A DNA stretch of 64,000 nucleotides from Octopus vulgaris (GCA_951406725.2 OX597827.1:76322001-76386000); one strand, 5' to 3'; numbered from the stretch's first letter, positions 11,681 through 24,975 are shown. The notes: generated by a model not told the origin, from the letters alone. Numbers and translations are program-made.

Positions 11681-13784
11681 ACCATGATGACTACTACTAC
11701 TACTACTACTACAAACTGATTGAGGGCTACATGGCATTTAGTTTTGTTTATACCCATTAAGATTGTGAAGGCATATGGCCTAGTGGTTTGGGATGTTCAG
11801 CTCATGTTTATGAGGTAGGTTCAATTCTTGGACCAAGCAGTTATGTCGTGTCCATGAACAGGACACTTCATTTCACATTGCTCCAGTTTACTTGTACCAG
11901 CTGGAGCACTGGTGCTACTTATTCTCTGCAACCCTACCCAGGTGTCAAATTTTCCAGGTTCTACTGGATAAAGGGTGGGCGGCCCCATAAGTTGTCTCAG
12001 TCTACTTGCAACTACATAGGCCCCCTAAAACAATTAGCAAAACTATGGTCTCGTGTCACCAAGCCATACTTGCCCATCCATGACTAACAGCTGGCTGTAC
12101 TATACTGTTTCACCTCCTAAATTCTGAGTTCAAATTTCACTAGAATTGACTTTGCCTTTCATCCTTCTAGGGTCATGATGTTAATACCAGTTATATGCTG
12201 GGGTGGAGGATAATTGATCCAATTGATTACACCACTTTCTTCCGAAATATGTGTGATTTTGTTGTTATTGTTCCCACCAGCCCAACACTGACCAAGCAGA
12301 CCTATGAATGAAAGAGTATTCCAACCATGACCATGCCATCTTTTTTGTATACTAGGAACTTCATTGTCCAATATATTCTCTCTGTGTTTTTATTTTCAAC
12401 CGTGGTCTATTGAATTACATTATTCAATATGTCAGCCACTTTTTATCAGATGCTAAGCTGTTCTTGGCAGGAGTGAATTTAGGGACCCTTCATTGGAGAA
12501 AGGATACCAATAAATGTTTGATAAGGGCTGTGAAAATTCACAACCCTTTAGCATTTAATCTAGCCATATCTGGCCCAAATATTCTACCTGTTTTACATTA
12601 AAACTGACCAGATCCAATGTTCCAGAGCTACCTTAAAATGTCATTCTAAAAAATATACAAACACACCTTTGAAATCTTGAAGCTACAAGTTAAGGTGTTA
12701 CGAATTGAAAACAATGTGAATAAACAGACAACATGGTTGACAAAGGGATCAGAATCCTAAAGAAGACTGAAGCTGATTTTCCAACTGGATAAGTGGGCCC
12801 CTGTGGATATTGGCCCATTTTGGTATCTCTTTGAGTAAATGATCCACATTATGTACCTGACAATGAGGTGGATAAGGGTGTGTCTGATTCGTTAGAAGGC
12901 TGCTGTGTGTTGGGGTTGCAGTAAGGTACCCAAGTTGAATTGGGTATATTGGGGGTATGATTTAGCTTCCTGTATGAGACCAATGCAATAGATAGGTCAT
13001 GGAGAAGTACACAGGTAGATAAGACAGTCATTAGATAGACAGGTGACACGAAAACAGCTAGATGGACAGGTGACAGGTAAACACAATTAGGTCACAAATG
13101 CAACTAGCCAGAAACGACAGACATGGAGTTATGTTAACAGATTAAAAACAGGGACTACTTGATGAATGGGTGCCAAGAAATTCCTAATCAATTAATCTGT
13201 TTGTTGGACTTAAAATATTTAATTGACGTTGGATTTATTGCTGTTTATGTTGTATCAAATGCTGAAGACATTTTAGTTTTGGTCTGTTAATTTTTGAGAG
13301 AAATTTCCCTGCTGCCACATTGGCTTGTCAGATGAGCAGATCGGTTGACAGACAGACAGACAGCTGTACGATTCTGAACATTGCCACATCGCAACTCCCT
13401 GTTGTTTGTATCTGGGTGGTTGACTGTTGGATCTGAAGTCTGTGAGATACGAGAGAGAGAGAGAATGATGGAGCGGCAGACTATAAGAGAGGAAGACCTG
13501 AGAAGAAGTGGGGTAAAGATATATGTGTGTGTGTGTGTGTGAAGGTGGGAAGCCTAGTGGTTAGGCTGTTGCTCTCACGATTGTGGGTCCAACTCCCTGG
13601 CTGGGCAGCACTTTGTGTTCTTGAGTAAAACATTTCATTTCACTTTGCCCTAGTCCCCCTTTCAATCAGTGGGGAATGTTGGCCCGGCTGCCTTGTCAGT
13701 GGGGTGGCATCATTCAAAGGTTAAAACAGTACGAAAGTGCATTGTGACCAGCGATGTGTAACAACATCTGATAGCCAGGTCAGT

Positions 13785-13823
<39 letters not shown>

Positions 13824-13944
13824 CACACATATATGCATACATACATACAGAGAGAGAGAGAGAGAGAAGAGGTTCTATAGAGCTGGAACTGTTATTTTTA
13901 CAATCAATCTAAACCTAGTCTAAGGGAGAGAAGCAGTATCTTTC

Positions 13945-14283
13945 ATTTAAACATGAACTTTGTGAAAATGTGAAGACCAAGACAGGTCATCCATCATTGC
14001 TTTATATATACAGATTTCCAAGAACATTGTGGAAATTTGATGACCGAGAGGGGTCCTACATTGTAATATAAAAACATTTATTTCCATGAACTTTGTGGAA
14101 ATGTGCAGACTTAATGGAAGTCCTACAGTTGTAATATATAAAAAAAAAAGAATATATTTCTGTGTACTTTTGTGGAAATCCGAGGACCAAAAGAGGTCCC
14201 ACGTTGTTACATAATTATATTTCCGTGAACTTTGTGGAATGTCAGGACTAAAGAGAAATCCTATATTGTAATATATAAATTCC
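13945..14283 (+). repeat. Five degenerate tandem units of about 65 bp, each with two hairpins
   Basis: Consensus ATTTCCATGAACTTTGTGGAAAT-N-GACC-N6-GGTCCTACATTGTAATATA. Confidence 0.85.
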
Positions 14284-14529
14284 TTCTATGTTAAAGCTAC
14301 CTTTTTCTATTCTGGACGTTGAAGGTAGAGGAAATTGGAAAAAAAAGAAAAAAAAAAAAGAATTAAAAAACCAATGCACTAACAAACAAAAAAACAATGT
14401 AAACACACAAGCATGGATGTATTGTGTAGACATTTTACATCTAGCCCTGCTGTCATACACCTGTATACGCAGCTGCAATGCCATGTAGAATAATATATAG
14501 CAGTACCACACTACATATTATTGTCATTG

Positions 14530-14579
14530 AATAAAGAAGAGAAAACAAATAATAAATTGAATTTGTCCTGCATATTAAA
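14530..14579 (+). terminator. Candidate polyadenylation signals for the ZNF transcript
   Basis: AATAAA at 14530 and 14551, ATTAAA at 14574. An earlier AATAAA at 12509 is an alternative. Confidence 0.3.
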
Positions 14580-14583
14580 TAAC

Positions 14584-14972
14584 GGTAGATGGGACAATTC
14601 GTCGACAGACAACTTACAGGCAGGACAATTGACCAATTGGACAGTTTGTCAATTCCGTCAATAATATGGGCGTACCCTTTGTATAAGAAACTTTAAGCCT
14701 CTTCATTCCATTTTGATGAAGTCCATGATTGATACTTCTGCATGTCGACTCATTGTCCAATCAGCAAATTGCCCAATCAACAAATTGTCCAATCGATGAA
14801 TTATTCATTCGGCGAATTGTCCAATCGACGAATTGTCCAACTGATGAATTGTCCAATTGACGAATTGTCCAATTGATGAATTGTCCAATCGATGAATTGT
14901 CCAATTGACAAATTGTCCAATCGATGAATTGTCCAATCGACGAACTGTCCAATCGACGAATTGTCTGCACGT
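14584..14972. repeat. 16-bp tandem array (CGAATTGTCCAATCGA, about 13-14 units) with inverted units at the left; foldback/MITE-like
   Basis: Array at 14749-14971; inverted GGACAATTCGTCGA-type units at 14590-14655. Confidence 0.85.
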
Positions 14973-15090
14973 AACTATCACCTGAGTGAATGGTTAAAGC
15001 TAAAATGTTCCCAGGTCACTAGCTCTGTGTTCGTGCGTCTTACTGGTTGTATAGGAATCAACAGGTAGGTTACAACTCAGTGATGTAAAC

Positions 15091-15324
15091 CAATGATACC
15101 CAGCCATTTTTGGCCTATGGACCCCTTTGATCCCTTTTTTTTTTTTTTACTCAGCTGGACCCCCATAACCAATTGCTGTTTTTAAAAAAAATCTTATTGT
15201 ATTTTTATAATTGAATATTGTTAGGAATTATTTTTAAAAATTGTGTGTCTTAGAAGTATAACCAATTCATTGCATATAAATTTTTACAACGAAATCTTAT
15301 ATGGACCCCGGTTGCGAACCGCTG
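15091..15324. mobile_element. hAT-like MITE, diverged
   Basis: Termini CAATGATACCCAGCC / GGTTGCGAACCGCTG resemble CAGTGGTTCCCAACC-type TIRs; internal GGACCCC motifs. Confidence 0.5.
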
Positions 15325-15734
15325 TAAACAGTGGCAGCAGTATAACATTAACAAGTGTTTCACTCACCCTTAAGCATTTAAACCATCCGTGTCCAACTCA
15401 AATATTCTACCTTGTGTTATGTTTGAACTGGCCAGAGTGGGCCTCTCACACCTACCCTACAAAGTCATTCTAACAATAAACAATCACATCATTAAAATCT
15501 TCAAGTTACAAGATAATGCATGGTTAGATCAAAACAGTGTGAATAAAGAGTTACTATTTTTGATAGAATGTGGATGCTTAAAGGGTTAGGACGAAGCCTT
15601 CCTTAGGGCAAGGGACACTCTGTAACTCTGTGTTTCTGTGAAATGTATCACTAGGATATTGCAAGTGCTTTGCTGATGTTTTTTGAGGGCCCTGTAATAC
15701 AGGGATTTTGAAAATCTCTCTTAGTGAGTTTCTT

Positions 15735-15955
15735 ATTTCTTTACTGCCCTCAAGGGGCTACACACAGAGGGGACAAACGGATTAAGTTGATTATATCAAG
15801 CCCAGTGCATAACTGGTACTTATTTAATCGACCCCGGAAGGATGAAAGGCAAAGTCAACCTCGGCAGAATTTGAACTCAGAATGTAGCGGCAGACAAAAT
15901 AGCCCTAAGCATTTCGCCCAGCGTGCTAACGTTTCTGCCAGCTCGCTGCCTTACA
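15735..15955 (-). mobile_element. Nin-like SINE with 14-bp TSD
   Basis: Flanked by TTAGTGAGTTTCTT (15721) and TTAGGGAGTTTCTT (15956). Confidence 0.8.
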
Positions 15956-17762
15956 TTAGGGAGTTTCTTTGACCCTTTAGCATTCAGATTATTCTGTCAA
16001 ATGCAATGCTTATTTATTCACGTTAATTAATCATGAGATGCTTTTTACGTGCAGGTGGCATGTAAAAAGCACCCACTACACTCACTGAGTGGTTGGCGTT
16101 AGGAAGGGCATCCAGCTGTAGAAACACTGCCAGATCAGACTGGAGCCTGGCGCAGCCTACTGGCTTCCCAGACGCCAGTTGAACCGTCCAACCCATGCTA
16201 GCATGGAAAACGGACTCTAAACGATGATGATGATGCCTTGTCGCTTCAAGAGTTTTATGATGTGATAGTTTATATTTAGAATAACATTTCCAAATAGATG
16301 TGAGACTCTCGGAGTGGTTGGCATTAGGAAGGGCATCCAGCTGTAGAAACTCTGCCAGATCAAGATTGGAGCCTGGTGCAGCCATCTGGTTTACCAGACC
16401 TCAGTCAAATCATCCAACCCATGCTAGCATGGAAAGCGGGCATTAAACGATGATGATGATGATGAAGCCAGATTTGGCCAGTTTGAACACAAAGCAGGTA
16501 GAATCTTTTAGCCAGTTATGGTCAGTTTAAAGGCTAAAGGCTAAAAAATATCTTGTTCATAGTGTTCTTTTGCACAAGTCTAATAAAAAAAAAAAAAGAG
16601 AACAAGGTACGTTAGTTTGCAATGTTTTCTAAATATTTAAATTTAAAAACCTTTCCATAGAAAGGTGTCTGATTTTTTTTTTCTTTCTTTTTTAATCTCC
16701 ATTCTGTCAGAAACTTTGAGAAATAGGATTTAGCAAACAATAGCGGTGCTTACACTAGGGAGTGTCTTTTAAACGTGTGTGTCACAGATATATGAGAGAA
16801 ATATTTAAACCCTGACATAGTGTAAATTCAACTGGAGTAGAAATACAGTTTAAGATGGGCTGTGGTAGAAATACTTTATCATCATCATCTGTTTCCCATG
16901 CTGGCAAGGGTTAGATGGCTTGATTGGGACTGGTAAGCTGGAGGGCTGTTCTAGGCTCCAGGCTGATTAGGCTTGGTTCCTACTGCCGGATGCCCTTCTT
17001 AACATCAACTACTCCCAGCGTGTATTGGGTACCCTTTATGTGTCACCAGCACAGGCCACGACTACGATTTCACTTGGCTTGATGTGTCTTCTCAAGCACA
17101 GCGAATCACCAAGGGTCTCAATCACTAATGGAAGGATTTCCATCGTGGCTTAGTGGTTAGGGTGTCAGCACCATGATCGTAAGATTGTGGTTTCGATTCC
17201 TGGACAGGGCGATGCATTGTATTCTTGAGCAAAACACTTCATTTCACATTGCTCCAGTCCACTCAGCTGGCAAAAATGAGTAACGCTACAATGGACTGGT
17301 GTCCCATCCAGCTTGGGAACACATACGCCATAGGAACTGAGAAACTGCGCCCATGAGCCTGGCTAGGCTTTAAAAGGGCGCATTTCTTATTTTTATTGTT
17401 TAAGTTACTGTTCTTTCCAGACCATCTTTCAGATCGTTATTTACTCATACTTTTTACATCTCATTACAACTAATTGATTTGTAATTGGATGCAGTAGCTT
17501 TGTGTGAATGACTAATCTACAATATTTTGCAGCAGACAGAGCTATATCTTACATAATTCCTAAACAGAAATTATGAAAAACTTCTGTTTAAAATTACCAG
17601 CTTACCAGTCTCAGGGACAAACTTTCGAATATTTAGGGAATGAAAATGGAAATAGAAATGAGAATAAATAGAACGCTCAGATCTACAAGTTCCCTAATTT
17701 CAGTGACCCCTGATAAATTTACGTTATTTACATTTGATGGATATTTATCCTCGTTTGTTGTT

Positions 17763-17808
17763 AACACAACATTTCGGCTGATATACCCTCCAGCCTTCAT
17801 CAGGTGTC
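17763..17808 (-). ncRNA. Minimal type I hammerhead ribozyme motif in a Penelope-like fragment
   Basis: Minus strand GACAC-CTGATGA-A-GGCTG-GAGGGTATAT-CAGCC-GAAA-TGT-T-GTGTT; stems I and II pair. Confidence 0.75.
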
Positions 17809-18686
17809 TTGGGGAAATTTCGAACCTGGGTTTATCATTCCTAAGGTAGTTTTCAATGTTGTCGTCATCATCGTCGTTGTCATCACCACCACCACCACTA
17901 TAATCATCATCATCATCATTATTATTATTCAGGTCACTTCCAGGAATCGAACTTGGAAATGTAGAACCACTGATAAATGTTTGAAAGCGATTGGTCATTA
18001 CAGAATTTTGCTAATTAAATACCTGAAGTCCTGTGATGCATTGTTGTTATGGAGATATCACGTTTTTCAGACTATTAACCTCATTTTTATGGGGTATATG
18101 TACAATATTTATATCTACGAGGGTGGGCTGAAAATTTTGTAGGTCGACTATGGAGGAGTGATGTGAGAGCTGTAAAACCTTGCATCCATTTCAACTCTTC
18201 TTATTAATGACTGCATTGTTTCTTTCTTTCCTAGTAGACTGATATCTGACTGTTCAAAGAAGACTTCAAAATTAACTTAGTAGCGATTTCTCTTGAAAAT
18301 GGTCAAAATGGGTTCCAGCAGCCGAGGACATCCGTGCTGACATTGGTTGCTACATGAGGTGGGTAATGCAACAGCTTTATCGACTGCGAAAGGGGGCAGT
18401 TGAGTTTAGGAGGGGAAGGGGAAATTTTGAAGATGGTCCAAGGTCTGGCATCCTGCAACTGCCACCATCAAGGCAAACCCTGATTGCATTCACCATGAAT
18501 GGATGAAAGCCAGTTGACTATAAATTAGATAGCCAATGCTATTAGCATATCCTGTGAGAGAATTGAGAATACTCTGCACAATGAACTTGGCACAAAGAAA
18601 GCTTTCTGCTCGGTGGGTGCCACGTCTTGGTACCTGATCAAAAGCACATATTGAGAAAATCTGACATTGTTTCAGGTAGATCCATC

Positions 18687-18884
18687 GCCGTTCAAGAATT
18701 TGGACCTAGAGATCTCCATTTCCAGCGACTTCGAGGGCCACCTCCCAGTGGTGTCGGGCGTCAATGAAGAGCCCTCGACTACAACGACCAAAGTTTTTTT
18801 TTCCAAGGTCTGGGGTCTCCCGCGCCTAAGCCCTAGACCATCACCTAATCACCCTTACCCGTCATGTTGCTTAACAACAACAAC
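18687..18884 (+). mobile_element. 5'-truncated non-LTR retrotransposon end with (AAC)n tail, inserted in the mariner
   Basis: GC-rich insert interrupting the transposase between FQVDP and SGFFEYFLT; TSD AGATCCATC/AGATCTGTC. Confidence 0.7.
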
Positions 18885-19357
18885 AGATCTGTCTGGTTTC
18901 TTTGAATATTTCCTAACCTAGTTTGAGTGTCGGCTCCATCCCTTTGAATCAGAGACAAAAGGACACTCCATACAGTGGAAACGCTCCTCCTCACCTGCTC
19001 TAAAGAAGGCCAAGGTCATTTCCTCTGCAGGGAATGGGATGGCCTCAGTTTTTTGGGATGCAGAAGGCAATGTATTTATTGACTATCTTCAAAAGGGCCA
19101 CACCGTCAAAGAAGGGTACTATGTCAACTTGCTGAGGCAGTTATGAAAGTATATCAAGACCAAACACCCAGGAAAACTGATGAAAAGGGTCTTGTTTCAT
19201 CAAGACAATGCTCCAGCCCACAAATCCTTGGTTTCAGTGGTTGTTATGCATGACTGGTTTTGAATTGGTCGATCACTGTCTCTGTTCTCCTGATTTGGCC
19301 CTGTCTGACTTATCATCTGTTATCCAACATGGAAAAAGCATTTGGGTAGGAAATATT

Positions 19358-19571
19358 CTTTTCTACTCTAGGCACAATGCCTGAAATTTTGGGGGAGGAG
19401 GCCAGTCGATTAGTTCTACCCCAGTATGCAGCTGGTTCTTAATTTATTGACCCCAAAAGGATGAAAGATAAAGTTGACCTTGGCAGAATTTGAACTCAGA
19501 ACATAGCCATGGGTGAAATACCACTAAGCATTCCGTCTTGTGTGCTAACAATTCTGCCAGCTCACTGCCGT
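19358..19571 (-). mobile_element. Nin-like SINE nested in the mariner
   Basis: 18-bp TSD ATTTGGGTAGGAAATATT / ATTTAGGTGGGAAATATT. Confidence 0.85.
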
Positions 19572-20714
19572 ATTTAGGTGGGAAATATTATGGCAGTGAT
19601 GATGACGTCATGTCTGCTGTTGATGACCTTTTAACCGACAGCATGAAAGCTTCCTCACCAATGGGATCCAGGGGTTGTAACACCAACAGAAGAGGTGTGT
19701 GGACTAAGTTGAAAAATAAACCTCAATTGGTCACATGAGAGTATTTTGGTCAGCCTATGAACTTTTCAGCCAACTCTTGTGCGTGCGCATGTATATATAT
19801 GTGTGTTTGTGTGTATGTATATATAAAAGTGAAGGTGCATGGCTCAGTGGTTAGAGCTTGAGCTTATGATTGTGAGGTCGTGAGTTTGATTCCCAGACCG
19901 GTCTGCATGTTGTGTTCTTGAGCAAGGCACTTTATTTCAAATTGCTCAGTTTCTATTTACCAAATCTTCTCTGAAAGCTTTGGTGTTGTAATAAAAGATA
20001 CTTGTTCAAGGTGCCACATATTGTGGGACTGAATCTAAAACCACCTGAAAACAAATCTCTTAATTCATCATATTGATCATATTGATAAAATGACTTACAT
20101 GCAAGTAGATTTTTAAGGGCAATCAGTCAATCAGCACCATTTTGTTTTTTTTTCGTGGTGTATTTGATTTTACTGTAAGGTAGCATTAAAAAGGTGATAG
20201 TAAAAACAAGAGTTTGAGAAACAGTGGTTTATAAAATAAAAATAAAATGCTTTTTTTACTTACTTAAAATATGTTTTGTGTACACGATTTTTTTATGCTC
20301 CAGCCATTGTATATTTTGGACATTAAACGATGATGATGATGTCTCAGCAAGACAAACATTTGATGTACTCCTATATGTCTGCAAGTATTTTTTATTAGCT
20401 TTAATGGTCTTCAATTACCCAAGTTTAGGTAGACTCATAGGTCCCAAAAGAACTTTCACACATTTTAATTATTCACTGATAATAACCAAACTTATGAAGA
20501 TCAACCCTTTCACTGGAAAATTAAATTTCATGGTTATTCCAGTTATAACAAGAAATATCTACCAAAGAAAGAAAAAAATAAACAGAGCTGGTATTTTCTG
20601 CAAGTCAAGTGCCTCAATAAATTTGATGTTTCTCTACAGGTAACAACTTCAAACTTGACAATCCTCAACAAAACTATATAAAACTGCTTTCTGCAATTAA
20701 GGATAATGAAATTA

Positions 20715-21454
20715 CAACACCTTACATAAGTGAAGACCTTACTTAGCCTGGAGTGCTGGTGTTTCTCCTTTCCCTACCCACTGTCTTTGGCGCTTTACAT
20801 TTTTATAGAGAACCCATTTCTTGTCACCAGTTACTATTCGGTCCAAAGGAAGTTCATTCTTGAGACATGACAGCAAAGAGAGCACACATTCACTCTCTGC
20901 ATGTGATTAGACTCGGAAAGTTTGTGAGAAACTCATTGACTCAATTTGCTGACTTTTCCAATGGCACGCAGATGTTAATGAATGGTTGAATGACCAAATC
21001 CAAGCTTCTCTGCAATTTCCCCAACAGTTATGACGGGATTTTGTTCACCCACACTTTGCAGGATGTTCTTGTTGAGCTCTACAGATCTTTCTCGACAAGG
21101 CTCATCTTCTAGGCTGTAGTTTCTGGTTCAGAATTTCTGACACTAGCTTATGCTTATCGTCAGATCCCCATATACTCCATTAATATTCCTCACACTTTCT
21201 GTTGCATTGTTGCCTTTATTGAATTCATAAAGCAAAATATGCTGAATATGCTCCTTTATCACTTCCATTACAGTTTTGAAAAAATAACTGTTAAAATCAA
21301 ACTACACTCTTCAAAATTTGCACTAAGAATAAGCACAAGGTAAAATTACTACCTGCTTTTATAGCAAGTTGATGCAAGTAGTTTATCCCGTCCCCCTCTA
21401 ACTTTTAGTTCATGAAATTGAAAAAAACTGCATTATCTGTAGGATGACCCGATA
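20715..21454 (-). mobile_element. Mariner remnant (5' half, different subfamily)
   Basis: Minus translation EIAEKLGFGHSTI..HLRAIGKVSKL..VSHKL..DRIVTGDKKWVLYKN; terminus TATCGGGTCATCC. Confidence 0.85.
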
Positions 21455-22827
21455 TATGTGTGTGTGTTTATCTTTGTGTTCGTCCCCTACTGCTGCTTGA
21501 CAACCAGTGTTGATTTGTTTACACCCCCATGACTTAGCAGCTCAGCAAAAAAAAAGGGGGCTTAGAACAATAAGCACAGGAAGCAATTTATTTGACCAAA
21601 TCCTTCAAGACAATGCTCCAGCATGGACACAGCCCAGTGACTGAAATAACTGGAGAATAAAAGACAAAAAGCTAAGTTTGGTTTTCGTTTAACCAAAGAA
21701 GCTAAAATGGTTAAAAAAAGGTCTTTTTTTTCCTAAGTTGTATATTTTGTTGACTGAATATGTGAAATCCATAATTTATTATTTGGTGAGTGGTTGAACA
21801 AACAATTTCTTGTATATCGTTACATCTAAAATGTGCCGTGCAATTCTTGTTAAAAGAAGAATGAGTAGAAATGACAGGCTTCGGCTTAGGGGAATCATAA
21901 CTATATCTTGATCTCTTTGTGTGTCTTTACAAGTTGGAGAAGAAAAAACAGCTGAATTTTTTATTTTAATTTTAAATTGGAATTCCATGGTGCTGACAAG
22001 TGCTGTTATTTAGGAGTTTTGTATTAATTATGCAAAGGTAATTAAATATCTTTAAATACAGGTGAAAACTAACCAAGTAAATTTTTAATTTTTAATTTTA
22101 AGTTTAAGGGAAAGTGTTTTTTTAAGTGCGACAAATGCTATAATTCATGTGAACAGTATTGTACACAGAAATATATATCCTCATAATTAAGTGAGTTTAT
22201 AAAAATGGTTTTTGCTTAACAGCTCTGCTTTTGTGAGAGGTTGTAAGTCCATAAAGTTAGATAATTAAAATATAATTATATTTTATGAAATAAGATTTAA
22301 ATTATGATATGAGAGAACTTGATAAGAAACATCAATATTATATGAAATATCTAATTTAATGACACAGAAGGTTGGTGGTGTAGAGTGTGTTTTGGGCATT
22401 CTATGTGGTAGTTAAATTAACTACACTCTTCCTTAAATGTAACAGATCTTCAGCCAGCACTGGATTAACCATTAAGCAAAATAAGGACAGGCTTAGGGCA
22501 TCACAGAAATGGTTTATGGCACCAAGGAAATCACTTTATTAAACTTGCTAAAATAATGTTTGAAGTGGTATATATGATTGGAAATATAATTTTGAAGTGT
22601 TCATGTTGTCATGGAGAGTGTCTGATCAAAGACTTTACAATTAAAAATGGTAGAAAACTTTTCAAATATAAATGAAGTGGAACTATACAAAAAGAAGCAC
22701 AATTTTCCATCTCACTTCCAGTTTTTGTTCATTTCAAAAAAATCAGAAGAATTGCAAGAAATTCTGAAGTGATCGGGAGGCTGTGGTTGAAGCCAAAGGT
22801 GATTTTATTGAATAAATTTACTCATTT

Positions 22828-23232
22828 ACTCTTTTACTTGTTTCAGTCATTTGACTGTGGCCATGCCAGAGCACTGCCTTTAGTCAAGCAAATCGACCCC
22901 CCCCCAGAACTTATTCTTTGTAAGCCTATTACTTATTCTATCGGTCTTCTTTTGCCGAACTACTAGGTTATGGGGACGTAAATACACCATCTGTGTGTCA
23001 AGCGGTGGGGGGGGGGGGGAGGAACACACACAGACACACAAATACATATATATATATATATACATATATACGACGGGCTTCTTTCAATTTCTGTCTACCA
23101 AATCCACTCACAAGGCTTTGGTTGGCTCGAGGCTATAGTAGAAGACACTTGCCCAAGGTGCCATGCAGTGGGACTGAACCCAGAACCATGTGGTTGGTAA
23201 GCAAGATACTTACCACACAGCCACTCCTGCAC
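22828..23232 (-). mobile_element. tRNA-head CORE-like SINE
   Basis: Full-length reverse copy of the 35238 family. Confidence 0.85.
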
Positions 23233-24540
23233 CTATTTACCACACCCTGTAAAGTACCCCCCTTGTATGTCCCCTACATTTCTCTGTATCAAATATTTTG
23301 CTACTGTGGAAGCCTAAGTGCAGAAACAGAATCTGCTTAGGATGGGTGCAAACCCAGGTCTAAGATTTTTTAGAAACAAGGTTGATTCCTTCAGTCTCAA
23401 TATCAAAACAAACACAGGCATAATAAGGGTTTCAAATTTTGGTACAAGGCCAGCAATTTCGGGCTGGGGGTAAGTCGACTGCATTGATTCCGGTGTCCAA
23501 CCGGTTAATTTATTTTATCGACCCTGAGAGGAAGAAAGGCAAAGTCAACCTTGGTAGGATTTGAACACAGAACGTAAAGATGAATGAAATGCCACGAAGC
23601 ATTTTGCGCAACCTGCTCTCTGCCCTAAATCCAGGTGCAATAATGGTAATTGTTAATATATTTGTGCATCAAACAAATCAGATAAACCCAATAAAGGAGG
23701 AGTGATGCTTGAGATCAGTCCCCAAATGTTTCCACACTTATTCATTTTGGGGATAAGATTTTGCAGGAGGATCCTCATCATCATCATCATCATCATCATC
23801 ATTTAATGTCTGTTGTCCATGTTGGGATGGGTTGGATGGTTCAACTGGGGTCTGGTGTGCTGGAAGGCTGCACCAGACTCCAGAGTGATTTGGCATGTTT
23901 TCCTGCTGCTGGATGCCCTTCCTAATGCCAACCACTCCAAGAGTGAAATGGGTGCTTTTACATGTCACTGGCACAAGTGCCATTTGCGTGACGCCGGTAT
24001 CCGTCACGACCCTGATTCTACTTGGCTTGATGGGTCTTCTTCTCAAGCATGACATAATCTTTTCCACTCTTGGCCCAAGGCCCGAAATTTTGGGGAGGGA
24101 GCCAGTCGATTACATCGACCCCAGTATGCAACTGGTATTTAATTTATTGACCTTGAAAGGACGAAAAGCAAAGTCAACCTCCGTGGAATTTGAACTCAGG
24201 ATGTAAAGACAGACAAAATACCACTAAGCCTGTTCCAGGAATTGAACTCACTACTTCACGATTGTGCACCTGACGCTCTAACCACTGAGCCATGCACTTT
24301 CACAATATAGACACAAGGCCTTAAATATATGGAAATATGAGTCAATGAAACAGACTCCAGCTCTTGGCTGCTGTTTTATTTTATTCTTTTCCACTTTAGG
24401 CACAAGGCCCAAAATTTTTGGGGAGGGGACCAGTCAATTAGATTAACCCCAGGATGCAACTGGTACTTAATTTATCGACCCTGAAAGGATGAAAGGCAAA
24501 GTTGATCTCCACAAGATTTGAACTCAGAAAGTAAAGATAT

Positions 24541-24708
24541 GCGCAGGAGTGGCTGTGTGGTAAGTAGCTTGTTTACCAACCTCATGGTTCCGGGTTCAGT
24601 CCCACTGCGTGGCACCTTGGGCATGTGTCTTCTACTATAGCTTTGGGCCGACCAAAGCCTTGTGAGTGGATTTGGTAGACGGAAACTGAAAGAAGCCTGT
24701 CGTATGTG

Positions 24709-24739
<31 letters not shown>

Positions 24740-24975
24740 GTTTGTGTGTCTGTGTTTGTTCCCCTAGCATTGCTTGACAACCAATGCTGTGTTGTTTACG
24801 TCACCGTAACTTAGTGGTTCGGCAAAAGAGACCGATCGAATAAGTACTAGGCTTACAAAGAATAAGTCCAAGGGTCGATTTGCTCGACTAAAGGTGGTGC
24901 TCCAGCATGTCTGCAGTCAAAATGTCTGAAACAAGTAAAAAGTAAAAGAGTAAAAGAGTAAAGAGTAAAAGAGAG
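24541..24975 (+). mobile_element. tRNA-head CORE-like SINE nested in a Nin-like SINE
   Basis: Head GCGCAGGAGTGGCTGTGTGG, tail (AGTAAAAG)n. The host SINE resumes after it. Confidence 0.85.

Larger units (their letters stand above)
18116..19781 (+). mobile_element. Full-length degenerate mariner transposon with two nested insertions
   Basis: Imperfect TIRs (ACGAGGGTGGGCTGAAAA.. / ..TTTTCAGCCAACTCTTGT). Transposase motifs RWVPRL, ASVFWDAEG, FHQDNAPAH and SPDLALSD, with stops and frameshifts. Confidence 0.9.

Noticed and set aside
13960-14200. Hammerhead or C/D box reading of TGANGA plus GAAA in the hairpin repeat
   Set aside because: Motif order and stems are incompatible, and TGANGA is not conserved across units.
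14749-14971. CRISPR-like array
   Set aside because: Contiguous 16-mers without unique spacers, no cas genes, eukaryotic context.
20224-20740. 139-aa ORF and acceptor-like site at about 20640
   Set aside because: AT-rich, no recognisable domain and no coherent exon chain.
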